Shown in pieces: positions 11,233 to 22,253 of a stretch of DNA of 64,000 bases (its first letter is position 1; every line of letters starts with the position of its first letter). The position numbers and the translations under genes were made by a program. The notes under the pieces were generated by a model. It did not search any database. It was not told where the DNA came from and saw only the letters and a list, made by a program, of their open reading frames with translations. The stretch comes from a cyanobacterium endosymbiont of Rhopalodia gibba (GTDB lineage: Bacteria > Cyanobacteriota > Cyanobacteriia > Cyanobacteriales > Microcystaceae): NCBI GenBank assembly GCA_045159875.1, contig CP067995.1, positions 2,176,001 to 2,240,000 of the forward strand. Direction: 5' to 3'.

Positions 11233-11276
11233 GAAACTAATTAAAAGCAGACCTTTTTAGTCATTAGAAAATCAAT

Positions 11277-11305
11277 TTGACAAAAAGTAGTATAGCTGAT
11301 ATGCT
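11277..11305 (+). promoter_or_regulatory. sigma70-type promoter of rpsU
   Basis: TTGACA-N17-TATGCT about 100 bp upstream of rpsU. Confidence 0.6.
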
Positions 11306-11405
11306 AGAGAACTGTAACTAAACGGATTTCTGTTGGGAGAGTCAATAGTAGGACTGTTGGCCTGTTTCTTGCTGTAAAAAAAATAGGAGGTATAAGAGTT
11401 AATCA

Positions 11406-11588
11406 ATGACCCAAGTTGTCGTCGGTCAAAATGAGCCCATTGAATCTGCTTTGCGTCGGTTTAAGCGACAGGTTGCTAAAGCCGGAATCTATACAGATTA
11501 TAAAAAGCATCAATTCTTTGAAACGCCGCAAGAGAAACGGAAGCGCAAAGAAGCGACTCGTAGAAGGCAGCGATCACGCCGTCGTTAG
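11406..11588 (+). CDS. rpsU: 30S ribosomal protein S21
   Basis: [34 protein letters not shown]. Confidence 0.97.
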   Translation: MTQVVVGQNEPIESALRRFKRQVAKAGIYTDYKKHQFFETPQEKRKRKEATRRRQRSRRR

Positions 11589-11678
11589 GAGTCAAACTTG
11601 CAATGCAGGCTATACCCTAGTTGGTTAATTTTTCTTAAAATTGTTGATATATTCTGAAGAGTTCTATAGGATCCATAA

Positions 11679-11709
11679 CCTCTCCCATTCAGGAGAGGAT
11701 TGATTTTTT
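11679..11709 (+). terminator. intrinsic terminator between convergent rpsU and SUI1 genes
   Basis: CCTCTCC-cattca-GGAGAGG followed by a T tract. Confidence 0.55.
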
Positions 11710-11714
11710 GGGAA

Positions 11715-12062
11715 TTAACCGCCACTAACTTTTACTTTGTAGCCTAATTGAGAGAGGACAGTTACTAGTTTTTGGCGATGATCTCCTTGAATTTCAAGAG
11801 TATTGTCTTTAATAGTTCCGCCACTACTACATTGATTTTTTAATTGTTTAAGTAATTGAACTAATTTTTCAGCGGAGTGTTGAAAACCGGTCATAACGGT
11901 CACGGTTTTGCCCTTTCGTCCTGATCGGGTGGACTCTACCAAAATGTTTTGTTGTTGGGGAAGTAGATCTTGAACTTCGCTTTCTAATATTTCTGAGTTG
12001 GAGGATAAACCAAACTCCTGATAGACGATGCACTTAGAAGGATACTGACGTTTGGAAGACAT
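11715..12062 (-). CDS. translation initiation factor SUI1/YciH
   Basis: RSGRKGKTVT, LKNQCSSGGTIKDNTLEIQGDHR and KVSGG end. Confidence 0.93.
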   Translation of the reverse strand: MSSKRQYPSKCIVYQEFGLSSNSEILESEVQDLLPQQQNILVESTRSGRKGKTVTVMTGFQHSAEKLVQLLKQLKNQCSSGGTIKDNTLEIQGDHRQKLVTVLSQLGYKVKVSGG

Positions 12063-12121
12063 AAAAAAACATAGGAACATAACCTAATTTAACTTTATCT
12101 TGAACTGTGAACAAAACTTAC

Positions 12122-12209
12122 TTAGTTGCCTCTTCCAGCCAAACTACAGGAAGTTAACTAGAACGCTCAGGTCAAGTCATTAGTCCCATTCGTGCCAAAC
12201 GGAACCACA
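12122..12209 (-). ncRNA. candidate structured RNA / 5' leader upstream of the SUI1 gene
   Basis: GGTTCCGTTTG-gca-CGAATGGGACT stem with G-U pairs that form only on the minus strand, plus CTTCC..GGAAG and TAGTT..AACTA stems. Confidence 0.35.
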
Positions 12210-12559
12210 TTAGATAAAAAGTTCACTAAATTGATATAAAAGCTAGTTTCTATATAATAGTAGAACTTTTCTAAAGCTTCTCCTAAATCGAAGGCGAGAC
12301 AATTCCCTAGCAGTTGACTGAATTACTGAAAATAGGTTTGTAAATCTATAAATTAGCGGTTTAATTGCGATTTATTCACCTTTTCACCCGTCAGGTTGTT
12401 CGTTACTATTTTAATGTTTTAATTGATGACCTAAAATCTATTTTATTACCTCTAATTTAGACATAGTTCTGAAAAGTATTGCTCCCATAGAAGAGCAATC
12501 ACACTAAAATCCTAAACTCGCATGATCTAAATATTCTGGGAGTTTATCAAACACTTCAG

Positions 12560-13490
12560 TTGGGGCTTTTGCTAAATAACACAATGCGATAGAATGTCCT
12601 GAACAAACGTAATCGTTTCAACCTTAATGTCAGTAAGTTTAGAATTGTCCAACGGTTTGTGACAAAGCGACGACTCGACTTGAAGGAATACTAAGGGTTT
12701 ATGGTGATTATAGTTTATCCACTCGTTGAGACATTCTCAAAAAAACTTGCAGCTTATTGACTACTAAGTTTTAATTAAGGCGACGAGCTTGCTCTTCTAA
12801 GTTTACTAATTCTTTAGTCTGACGGTTCACCGTTACCTAGTTGCTGTTGACTAGTTTAGAGATAGTTAACGATGCGAGAGACAACTTTAACTTTAGTTGA
12901 ATCAACAGAGATATCTTATAGAAATAATATCAATTTAAGAACACATCCCCTTAATTAAAATCTCAGCTCTCTTTTCTGCTAAAGTATGAGCAACTATCTA
13001 CAGTCGATAAAGTTTTCTTCTGTATCTGCCTGGGGTTGATTTTCATCGCAGACCCCTCCATCAGAGAGTTCATAGGACAACACCATTAAGGTAGATCTAT
13101 CCTCCTAGAGCGAAAACAACTAAATCCTACTATTTCACCATTGAATCTACTGTGGTCCAGTTGTACAAGAGAAAGATGGTCTAATCATCTAGTTTTATGG
13201 CTGATAAGGCTACTATCGGGGACAGCCATCGTTACAACATGGCAGAACATTGGGCGATATACCTACCAATGAGAAGCGGACTCTTACTTGTCAGGACTAT
13301 TTTCCTTGTTGAAGGGGAATGAAAACTAAAGGCGGTTGCAAGAATTCAGGATACGTTTGTCAGGTATAACCTTCCAGCTCATGACAGAGGACGGCTAGAG
13401 TAATTTGAAAGTAAACACCATAATTTGAGGGAAGTTGACCATCAGCTAAGGCGGATTTCAGTTGATCAAGGATCTATCCCAATAGAATTG
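12560..13490. pseudogene. degraded coding remnants of unidentified genes (minus strand about 12560-12950, plus strand about 12986-13490)
   Basis: coding-like composition; protein-like segments (VVSRIVNYL, KELVNLEEQARRL, WQNIGRYTYQ) broken by stops and frameshifts. Confidence 0.4.
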
Positions 13491-13612
13491 GAGATAAGTT
13501 GACTCAAGTCCTGTAACTGTTAATATACTTTCCTAAGAGAATTATTTTTAAAATACTAATTATTAGTAGAGTTTATAGCATCAATTAATTAAAATAAATT
13601 TTGGTTGCTCTT

Positions 13613-14950
13613 ATGTCTATTATTTCTGAGGTCTCTTTGAGTGCTCACTACTGGCTAAAAAGTGCTCATATTCCCTTGTGTTTATTAGATGATAACCATT
13701 TTACTCCTGATACTAGAGAAGGTTTATGTCGAGTTGATTTAGAAATTGTTCAAGGAAAAATTTCCTCAATTGTTCTTTCTGGTTCTACTGTGATAGAAAA
13801 TCCTTTCATAGATTTAAAAGGAGGTATTATTTTTCCTGGGTTTGTCGATATCCACACCCATTTAGATAAAAGTCATATTTGGGAACGATCACCCAATTTA
13901 GATGGGACATTTGGTACGGCAATAACAACCTTGAGAAAAGATACTCAAGTATTTTGGCAACCAGAAGATGTCTATTCTCGTATGGAGTTTAGTCTGAAGT
14001 GTAGTTATGCTCATGGAACAACGGCTATTAGAACTCATTTGGATTCATTTGGGAGAAAAGCTGACTTAGTGTTTGAAGTCTTTAAAAGACTACAAACGCA
14101 ATGGCAAGACAAAATAATTCTTCAAGCTGTTTGTTTAGTTTCTTTAGATTATTTTTTGACGGATGAAGGTGTAACTTTAGCGGATAAAGTGGCTGAATAT
14201 GGAGGAATTTTAGGTGGGGTTGCTTATATGAATCCCTCTCTAGACAAACAGCTCAATCAAGTTTTTACTTTGGCCAAAGAACGTGACTTAAGTTTGGATT
14301 TTCATGTAGATGAAAATAATGATTCTAATTCAATTTGTTTACATAAAGTTGCTGAAATTGCCCTCAAACATGAATTTTCAAATCAAATTATTTGCGGTCA
14401 CTGTTGTAGTTTAGCAGTTCAACCACAAGAAATTGTGAATCAAACAATGAGATTAGTTAAACAAGCAAACATTGGAGTTGTTAGTTTGCCAATGTGTAAT
14501 CTATATCTTCAGGATCGAGCCTCGAATAGGACTCCTTATTGGCGAGGCATAACAAAAGTTCATGAGTTCAAAAAACAAGGAATTCCTATTACATTTGCTA
14601 GTGATAATTGTCGAGATCCTTTTTTTGGATTTGGGGATCATGATGGGTTAGAAGTCTTTAAAGAATCCGTAAAAATTGCTCATTTAGATACTCCTTATAG
14701 TGATTGGTGTAGTGGGGTTACGAAAACCCCTGCAACCTTGATGAACCTCTCTAATATTGGGCGAATTACAGTCGGTTTAAATGCAGACTTAATTTTATTT
14801 AAAGCTCGTTATTTTAGTGAATTATTGTCGCGTTCTCAGAGTGATCGCATTGTTTTGCGTAAAGGAAAGCCAATTAATACTAACTTGCCTGATTATGCAG
14901 AGTTAGATCATCTAGTATTAGTCAATAGAGAAGATAATAAAAGTGTGTAG
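13613..14950 (+). CDS. codA: cytosine deaminase (metal-dependent amidohydrolase)
   Basis: PGFVDIHTHLDK, HGTTAIRTH, DFHVDE, GHCCSL and ASDNCRDPF motifs. Confidence 0.92.
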   Translation: MSIISEVSLSAHYWLKSAHIPLCLLDDNHFTPDTREGLCRVDLEIVQGKISSIVLSGSTVIENPFIDLKGGIIFPGFVDIHTHLDKSHIWERSPNLDGTFGTAITTLRKDTQVFWQPEDVYSRMEFSLKCSYAHGTTAIRTHLDSFGRKADLVFEVFKRLQTQWQDKIILQAVCLVSLDYFLTDEGVTLADKVAEYGGILGGVAYMNPSLDKQLNQVFTLAKERDLSLDFHVDENNDSNSICLHKVAEIALKHEFSNQIICGHCCSLAVQPQEIVNQTMRLVKQANIGVVSLPMCNLYLQDRASNRTPYWRGITKVHEFKKQGIPITFASDNCRDPFFGFGDHDGLEVFKESVKIAHLDTPYSDWCSGVTKTPATLMNLSNIGRITVGLNADLILFKARYFSELLSRSQSDRIVLRKGKPINTNLPDYAELDHLVLVNREDNKSV

Positions 14951-15774
14951 GTAGGATTTTTAATATAAAAATATTATAGATTTATATTAAAAAAATAAAT
15001 TTTATATTAAAACAAAATAAATTGCAAGTAATACATATAAAACAATATTACGGTTAGACACAATAATATTTTTAAAATATTGAAGTACATTAAAATATTT
15101 AACTCAACCTATAAAATTAAAATATTTTTTATTTATGAATAGTTAGTTGATTTTGCAGTCATATTTTATCTCTTATATAGAAATAGAGAGTAATAAATAA
15201 AGATAAATAAATTTATATCATATGTTCATGAAGTATCTTAGCGGTTTAAACACCATAAACACAAGTCGTTGTTTTGTGTACTTTTCCAAAATATCGAACT
15301 ATTCCTATAAAATCTGATATTGGGTAACTGTGAACTCCTCTAAAATTTAGAATCTCATTTATTAAACTGAGTTGAGCAGTTGACGCCATAGGTGTAAATC
15401 AAGTTAAAATTTTAGCTCCAGCACAATTTGGTTTAAATGAAAAATCTAGTATAGTACTGTTTATCTAATAGATAAAGCTTTTGATAAGTTTATTTTATGT
15501 CACATCAAACTTTGTCTTTATATTTTTTATATTTACATGACAGGTTTAATGATCAATAAAATATTAAATATTAAATATTACCGTAATGATCTAAATTTAG
15601 ATAATCAACTTTTTGGTCTAGCAAACTGCCCACAAATAAATCTACGCGTTAATAATTAAACCGAGCACTATCAGAAAAAACAACATTTATAGAAAAATTG
15701 ATATATTTAATACTATTTAATAGTCAATAGGGAATGATTAGCCAACCATAATTTTCCTCTAATTTAATTAAATT

Positions 15775-15835
15775 CAGTTCATCCTCACCACGAAGACTGT
15801 GTTCTTTTAGTGGGGATGAACTGTTATTTTGTCAA
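15775..15835 (+). mobile_element. IS200/IS605-like subterminal hairpin (element end relic)
   Basis: CAGTTCATCCTCAC..GTGGGGATGAACTG stem followed by GTCAA; GC-rich island in AT-rich DNA. Confidence 0.4.
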
Positions 15836-16989
15836 CCGTTAGCCTCTAAATATTACGGTGTTTATAGCTCCGGATAGTATCGTCAGTGTTCTTAAACTCT
15901 ACAAAAAGTCATGATAAGAGATTTTCTCATCATCATTCAATCGGAGAATTGTAACTAAATTACTACTAAGATTCTATACTTATAGCTGAATAAGTTATCC
16001 ATCAAGTTTGAAGTAGATAATTTCCTCGATTTTTAAGAGAAAAAAGTACTTTAACCTGTAAAAAGCACACTAAATAAGAATCAAAGTGTTATCTCCCTGA
16101 CTTCATAGAATAAATTTCAAAGATTATTTTTGGTTCTTATAAAGCACTAAACTTTTTAATATAAAAATTAAATCTTACTCTAATTATTAAGTTAGCTATA
16201 TGAACTTAATAAAAATATATAAAAGTAGAATAAAGAGTTAAAAAATGCATTAATAATTAATTTTTTTAAAATAACTAAGTATAAATAAAAAAATACACTT
16301 GATACTAAATTGAATTAATTAGTATAAACATTAAAATTACTTGTTTTAATTTGTTTAGAAATACTATAATTTTAATTATTTTAAAAAAAATATTAATTAC
16401 AATAAATACAATAAAAAATAATTTAAATATAAAATTTTAATAAATAGACTTGCTTGCTTACACGATTTTTAGCGCTTTTTTAAAGCAAAAAAATATTATT
16501 TTTATAATTAAAAAAGGCTAATTTGAATAGATTAAACTGTGTCTTTGTTGATTATTATATTTTGCAACAAAGATTAATTTACATTATTAAATAATGTAAT
16601 TAAATATTATATTATTTAGTTTATTTATATAAACTAAATAAATAATTATTGTTGTAATTATGTTTTCAGTGACAGTTAATAGTCAATCAAGAATATTTAT
16701 AATTTTTTATTAAAATTTCAATTTTTTTTCTTAATCAAGAGCCAAATCTTCCAAGTAAATAAATTTTATTCTATAGAATCTATACTCATATGAACTAATA
16801 AGAGTTAGGTGCTAATCAAAAGCTTAGCACAGAAATAGTGACAAAAAACTTTACCTAGATTGTAATGAAGATCCTAATTTTTTTAAAAAAAGGTAAAATG
16901 TCATTTTTAAGGTAAAGATCTAATTATTAAGATAAAATTTTTCTTAAAATCTGTATCTAGACTTTTAGATTCTTAATATTTCTTCTTTG

Positions 16990-17600
16990 AAGAAGTCTTC
17001 AATACCTAGCAAGCAGTTTACATATTTATTTATTTTAATCTGTCTGGCTAGGATCTTAGTTTCTATTGTACTTCTTTCTCAATTTTTACAACTATAAGTT
17101 AACACAGAGACCGTAAGATGAGTATCAATGTTAACGGAAAGCATGAATTATATTGGCAATTATATAAACAGTAACTTAATGCTAATTTAAGATAATGAGT
17201 TGATCAAAGCCAAGGAGTTTATTCGTAAAATGGTAGCAACTTTTGCTGTGTGATAAATTTATGAGATATTTAAACAATTATCAGAAAAAAATAACTTTTT
17301 TTATAAGAAAGTAACCTTCAAACCAATGAATTTTAAAGACTAAGCAGACATATATAAGATTAAACTAACCGAAGAATTTAGCTCTTATTCTGATTTGATT
17401 GAACGAATATTGAGATATTGGTTATTATAAGATAAGTAGATTTTTGATACTCTTGTCTTTTGACAGTTAATAGTATTAGTTGCTTAGAGTCTTATAAGAA
17501 ATATAAAAATAATTTTTAAAATATAAAAAATTTATGATAATCGCAATAGTTGTAGTTTACAGTTAGGTAGCTTATAACAATAGCAGTGGAGAAACTAAAG
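16990..17600 (+). pseudogene. DUF3365 (Tll0287-like c-heme sensor) domain relic, probable N-terminus of a signalling protein
   Basis: TM stretch then MLTESMNYIGNY, NNFFYKKVTFKPMNFKD*AD (cf. FFYKEATLNPTNLRDKAD) and LTVNSISCLESY (decayed SCLxCH); many stops. Confidence 0.6.
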
Positions 17601-17935
17601 CAATCAATTATGTTTTTATTAGATACTAAACTAATGACTTCACTGATTCCTCAATTAAGGTATCAATGAAGTTTAAATCAGGAGAATAAGAGATAAAAAT
17701 GTTACTTATCCTTCTATAAATTTCATTAATTTTCTAACTTTTATAACTTTATGTTCTGGTAAATTATCTATGACTACACAAGTTCTCAACTGCGATCATG
17801 ATATCAGCACTTCTATTTTATTAGTCATAAATACTTCTTTGTTTATCCATTCTTTAAAAGCAAAATAAGAACTATATATGTCACTTAAATTGACGTAATA
17901 TTCTCTTACTAATTATTAGTAAATTTTCTACTTTA

Positions 17936-17984
17936 TTAGAAATTACTCTAGTATAGTTTTTAACTATACTAGAGTAATTTCTAA
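17936..17984. repeat. perfect inverted repeat, 23-bp arms, 3-nt loop
   Basis: TTAGAAATTACTCTAGTATAGTT-ttt-AACTATACTAGAGTAATTTCTAA. Confidence 0.93.
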
Positions 17985-18489
17985 ACTTTATTGATAAGAA
18001 ATATATCTGTAAATTTGACCACTATCTGTGTAGATATCAAAAAATATAAAATGTTTTTTAGCGGTTAATTTAATTATTTAAATTTAACATTACATAGTAA
18101 TAATACTAACTGTAGTATTACTATGTATAAGCAATTACTCAGTTTTTTCAGGGTAACATCGTTATTTATCTCTAATAATTATTCTATAATATCAAGTTAT
18201 TTAACTTCAACTAAAGTGAGATTTCCTCAGTGATGAAGTAATGATTTTATACTTTTTATTCTTTTTTAACCTACAAGGAGATGATTAATAAATCTATGAC
18301 TTACTTAAACAAACCTTACTAGTCGTTGCCTTGATTAATTAGTATTATTGTTAGTTTATATAATTTTAGTGAAGATATCTATGGAGTAAAGCTTCGTTTT
18401 TTAGTACAACTAATATTTCTTGGGTTTCTTCACTGTAATCTATCCAAATGAAACTCATGATGAATTAGAACAACAGCGATTCTATCTGA

Positions 18490-19128
18490 GGAATGACACT
18501 CTCTGATGAACTTAATATCTATTGCCAAAAAAATGTATTTAGTGATTGTAATTGATCATTAGGTAAAACAGACAACTTATCAACAATTTAAAGTGTGGTA
18601 AGACATCTACTCCATGGCAAGTATACTTAAATTAAACATTAATTCATCGATTCAATCTCTACTTAAACCGAATTTATCGACGGAAATCATCAACCTTTTG
18701 AAGAAGTTTGGCTTGGATGATCGATATTTAACCATAGAGTTTATTTAACGGATATTTATTAAATATACAAAGATTATAATTGAATGTATAAAAGCCTTAG
18801 AAAACTACTCAGTAAGAATCGTTATTAATGACTTTAGGACTGGTTAATCTTCTCTGAACTATTTACACTGGTTTTCTGTTCATGTCTTAAAAATTATTTG
18901 ATTATTTATGTCGGATTTAGATATTAATTCTCCAAATTGAGATATCTATCGTCTCTTTGTCAGGTTACATTAGGTAATCATCTAGCAATAGCAGAGATCG
19001 CTAAAGACTGTGGAACCCTACAGCAAGTTCATTATCTCGAAATATTGGGCTGTAAATTAATGCGAAGTTATTCCTTTTATAAATTTTTAATAGCAGAAAA
19101 GGTTGTTATTTTTTCAACAAATATCTAG
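18490..19128 (+). pseudogene. EAL-domain c-di-GMP phosphodiesterase relic
   Basis: LKLNINSS, YLTIEF, IVINDFRTG*SSLNYLHWFSVHVLKI (cf. DDFGTGYSSLxYL..LKID) and QQVHYLEILGCKLMRSY; several stops. Confidence 0.85.
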
Positions 19129-19227
19129 ATATTTATATTTTTACTTTAACAATTTACCAATTATCATCCTTTCTATCTCCAACGGTTGAATTGGAGCCTA
19201 AACCACCTCCATTATTACTACCAGAAC

Positions 19228-19715
19228 TAAGTAGGTGAACTTAAATTAAGTCTAAAATAGAAAAGTAGTTAAAAAAGAGCGATCATTAGATGCCGGCCTG
19301 CCTAAGAATTCAGCTAACAGAATTAGAAGAGCAAGAACTATTAAAGTTGACCCATGATCTAAAAGTTCCCTTCAGAACTAGAACAAGGGCAGAGATTTTA
19401 TGTTTAAATGCAAGAGGATGGAAAGTTAAAGAAATTGCAGATTGGGTAAAATTATCAGAAAATACAATTAGAAAAACGATTTCTAGATGGATTATTCAAG
19501 GAAGAGAAGGATTGTGGGATCTTCCGAGAAGCGGAAGAAAAAGAACTTGGAAAGAAGAAGATATAAAATATCTGGAAGAAATATCAGAAAGGGATAAAAA
19601 AAATTACAATAGCCGGCAATTATCTAACCTTCTTAAAAAAGAAAGAAAAGTAAAGTTAACCCCTGGAAGAATCCGTAAGATTCTTAGAAAAAGGTCTGAA
19701 AATGGAAATAAATAA
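19228..19715 (+). mobile_element. truncated IS630-family element: left end plus HTH part of the transposase
   Basis: TAAGTAGGTG left-end-like sequence at 19228; ORF 19290-19715 with [40 protein letters not shown] domain absent. Confidence 0.85.
19290..19715 (+). pseudogene. IS630 transposase N-terminal helix-turn-helix fragment
   Basis: 141-aa ORF with winged-HTH transposase motifs; it ends where the family's KKG-x-KWKR motif decays, and no catalytic domain follows. Confidence 0.8.
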
Positions 19716-20979
19716 CATTAAGGACAATGATTTATCTATTTTCTAAAAAAAGAGAATCTAATCTAATGCAGAAAAAGTCACTCAAGGACTAATAGTTAAC
19801 TGAGAATTAACTCCGCAATAATTATGATTGAAGGTGAAGAAGACAATGTTATCTAAATTTTGCTCAAGATAAGAAATGATAATCAATATAAGATTATTCC
19901 ACAGTTAACATTGCATAATTATACTGCAGAAACAGTAATTGAGCTATTAGAAATTAATCTTGTTATTCAATATAAAATATTAACTTAATTGGTTGCCCAA
20001 AAACCTTATTATTGATTTGTATATTAATAACTTGACTCGTAGTAAAAACTATACCAAATAGAGAAAAGTAAAATACTAAAAATAGTGATCGCGATCAACA
20101 AAATATACTTTCCAACAATGGTAAGGTTTTGAAAAACTGATTACCTAATTATAATAAACTGACTATGATGTAGAGTGGCTATTGATTAATACAACTCAGC
20201 ATGAGTGCAAATTCTAGAAAGAATAACAGAATATACGAAAACTAATTTAATTAGAACAATTGTTTTATTACTTTAGTTTTACAATTAACCTATCATGCAG
20301 TTAATCAAACAAAAAATCGTATTAAAGAGCAATTACAGATGTAAAAAACCATCAAGCAGATCATGTAAAGACTAGAACAACTCACTTATTAGAACCAGCT
20401 GTTGTTTAGCAAGCAAGTAAGCTTAAATAAACATAAAATAAGAAGGTAGTTAAAATAGACCTGTAGCTAGACGTCAACCTACCTGAAAACTCGGCTCACA
20501 CAATTACAAGAGCAGGCACTATCAAGATTTAATTGTGCTAAGAATGGTAATATCTTCCAGAATTAGTATAAGAGTAAAAATAGTAATAGTATTTATCTTT
20601 GTAAACGAACTCTGACTAACAATCATAATAGCAACCAATTTCATTTTACTAACCTTATCCGTTAGATTTCGTAATCTAGGGCAACAATGTTCTCTACCGA
20701 GTGAAAAATAAACTTATTTTATCGACTACCTCTAGATATTGAGAATGTGAAGTATGGCTTTCTAAAGCAGTGTGACTACCAAATTTCACAACGAACGAGT
20801 CTATTGCCAAATCCTCTAGCAGATTCGGTAAAATTTTGACTACAGGGAAATTCTATAAGCTAAAGTATCTTAATATTACAACTGAGTTGATGTCTTCCAA
20901 GGATATTTTTTTTTTCCATTTAAATTAATGCAATATGCACAATTATCGAATTAGTTTTTACTTTAAAAATTTAACTAAA

Positions 20980-22026
20980 TCATAAACTAGATTTAATTTT
21001 GTTAATTGCCTCTAATAACTGAGCAATTTCCTGATCAGTTCCAACAGAAATTCTAACATAATCTTCAATACGAGGATTTTTAAAGTATCTTATCAAGACT
21101 TTTCTCTCTTTTAACTTTTTGTAAAGTTCTGATGCAGGTATCCATTGAGAAGATGCGAAAACAAAATTTGAATCAGAATCAAAGACTAAGAAATCTAAAG
21201 CTTTTAGAGATTCAATGAGATGACTACGAGTCTGACGAACTTTTTGCCAGATTCCTTTAAAATATTCTTGAAAATTAAAAGCATTTGTTCCTAACAATTG
21301 TGCTACCCTATCTAAGTTATAGGAGTCCTTGACTTTATTCATTTGTTCAATTACGGGTATCGAAGCAATTCCAAAACCTACCCGCATTCCTGCTATACTA
21401 TAACTCTTAGACATAGTACGAGAAATAATAACGTTGTCATATTTATTCAAAAAGTCAAGATGATTTTCATCGCTAAAATCTGCATAAGCTTCATCAATTA
21501 AAACGATTCCAGTAGCTTTTTCACAAGTTTCTTCTAAGTAATCACGGTTCAGATGTTGTCCCACAGGAGGATTAGGAGAAGCAATAAATATCAATTTAGC
21601 TTTAGGACAAATAATCGGTTGATTAATGGCAAACCGAGCATTCGTAGGAATTTTAATGACAGATGCACCATGAACCCGTGCAATTGTCTCGTATAAAGAA
21701 TAGGTTAGATCGAGAAAAGTAACAGTTTCTCCCGGATTTACAAATGTCCTTACTGCAATATTTAAGATATCATCAGAACCATTTCCTGCTAGGATGTTCT
21801 CGGGAGAAACTCCAAATACTTTTGCCGCAGCTTTTCGTAATTGAGTAGAAACTGGATCAGGATACAATCTAACTTTTGTTAGTTCTTGTTGAAGCCCCTC
21901 AAAAATTTCAAGAGGAGGTGAATAGGGGTTTTCATTAGTATTCAATTTAATAAAATCATTGGTTTGAGGCTGTTCTCCTGGAATATAACCTGATGTTTGT
22001 TCAACACATTTCCGAATAGGTAACAT
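20980..22026 (-). CDS. hisC: histidinol-phosphate aminotransferase
   Basis: YIPGEQP, KLNTNENPY, GNGSDD, DEAY and RTMSKSYSIAGMRVG (PLP lysine) motifs. Confidence 0.96.
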   Translation of the reverse strand: MLPIRKCVEQTSGYIPGEQPQTNDFIKLNTNENPYSPPLEIFEGLQQELTKVRLYPDPVSTQLRKAAAKVFGVSPENILAGNGSDDILNIAVRTFVNPGETVTFLDLTYSLYETIARVHGASVIKIPTNARFAINQPIICPKAKLIFIASPNPPVGQHLNRDYLEETCEKATGIVLIDEAYADFSDENHLDFLNKYDNVIISRTMSKSYSIAGMRVGFGIASIPVIEQMNKVKDSYNLDRVAQLLGTNAFNFQEYFKGIWQKVRQTRSHLIESLKALDFLVFDSDSNFVFASSQWIPASELYKKLKERKVLIRYFKNPRIEDYVRISVGTDQEIAQLLEAINKIKSSL

Positions 22027-22186
22027 AGAGACAAAATTTATTGCTAGACCCAGAAAGTCTAGCGTGAAGTTATTATAAGATATAAACTTCTTAACAATAC
22101 TTTAACGAGAATCTCTAGCTGATAATAGCCTAAAATTTTCTGTTCATTGGCTACTCCAAACAAAATATAATAAACTTTTCTTTTTG

Positions 22187-22221
22187 AAAAAAGTGGGGAT
22201 GTTATTCATTCATAACATCCC
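22187..22221 (-). terminator. intrinsic terminator of htpG
   Basis: GGGATGTTAT-6nt-ATAACATCCC followed by CACTTTTTT on the minus strand. Confidence 0.7.
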
Positions 22222-22253
22222 GAGAGAAGTAATGTATTTAGTAGATAATTATA

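Noticed and set aside
19750..20920. Possible minus-strand membrane-protein pseudogene
   Set aside because: Too eroded to assign a family or boundaries by eye.
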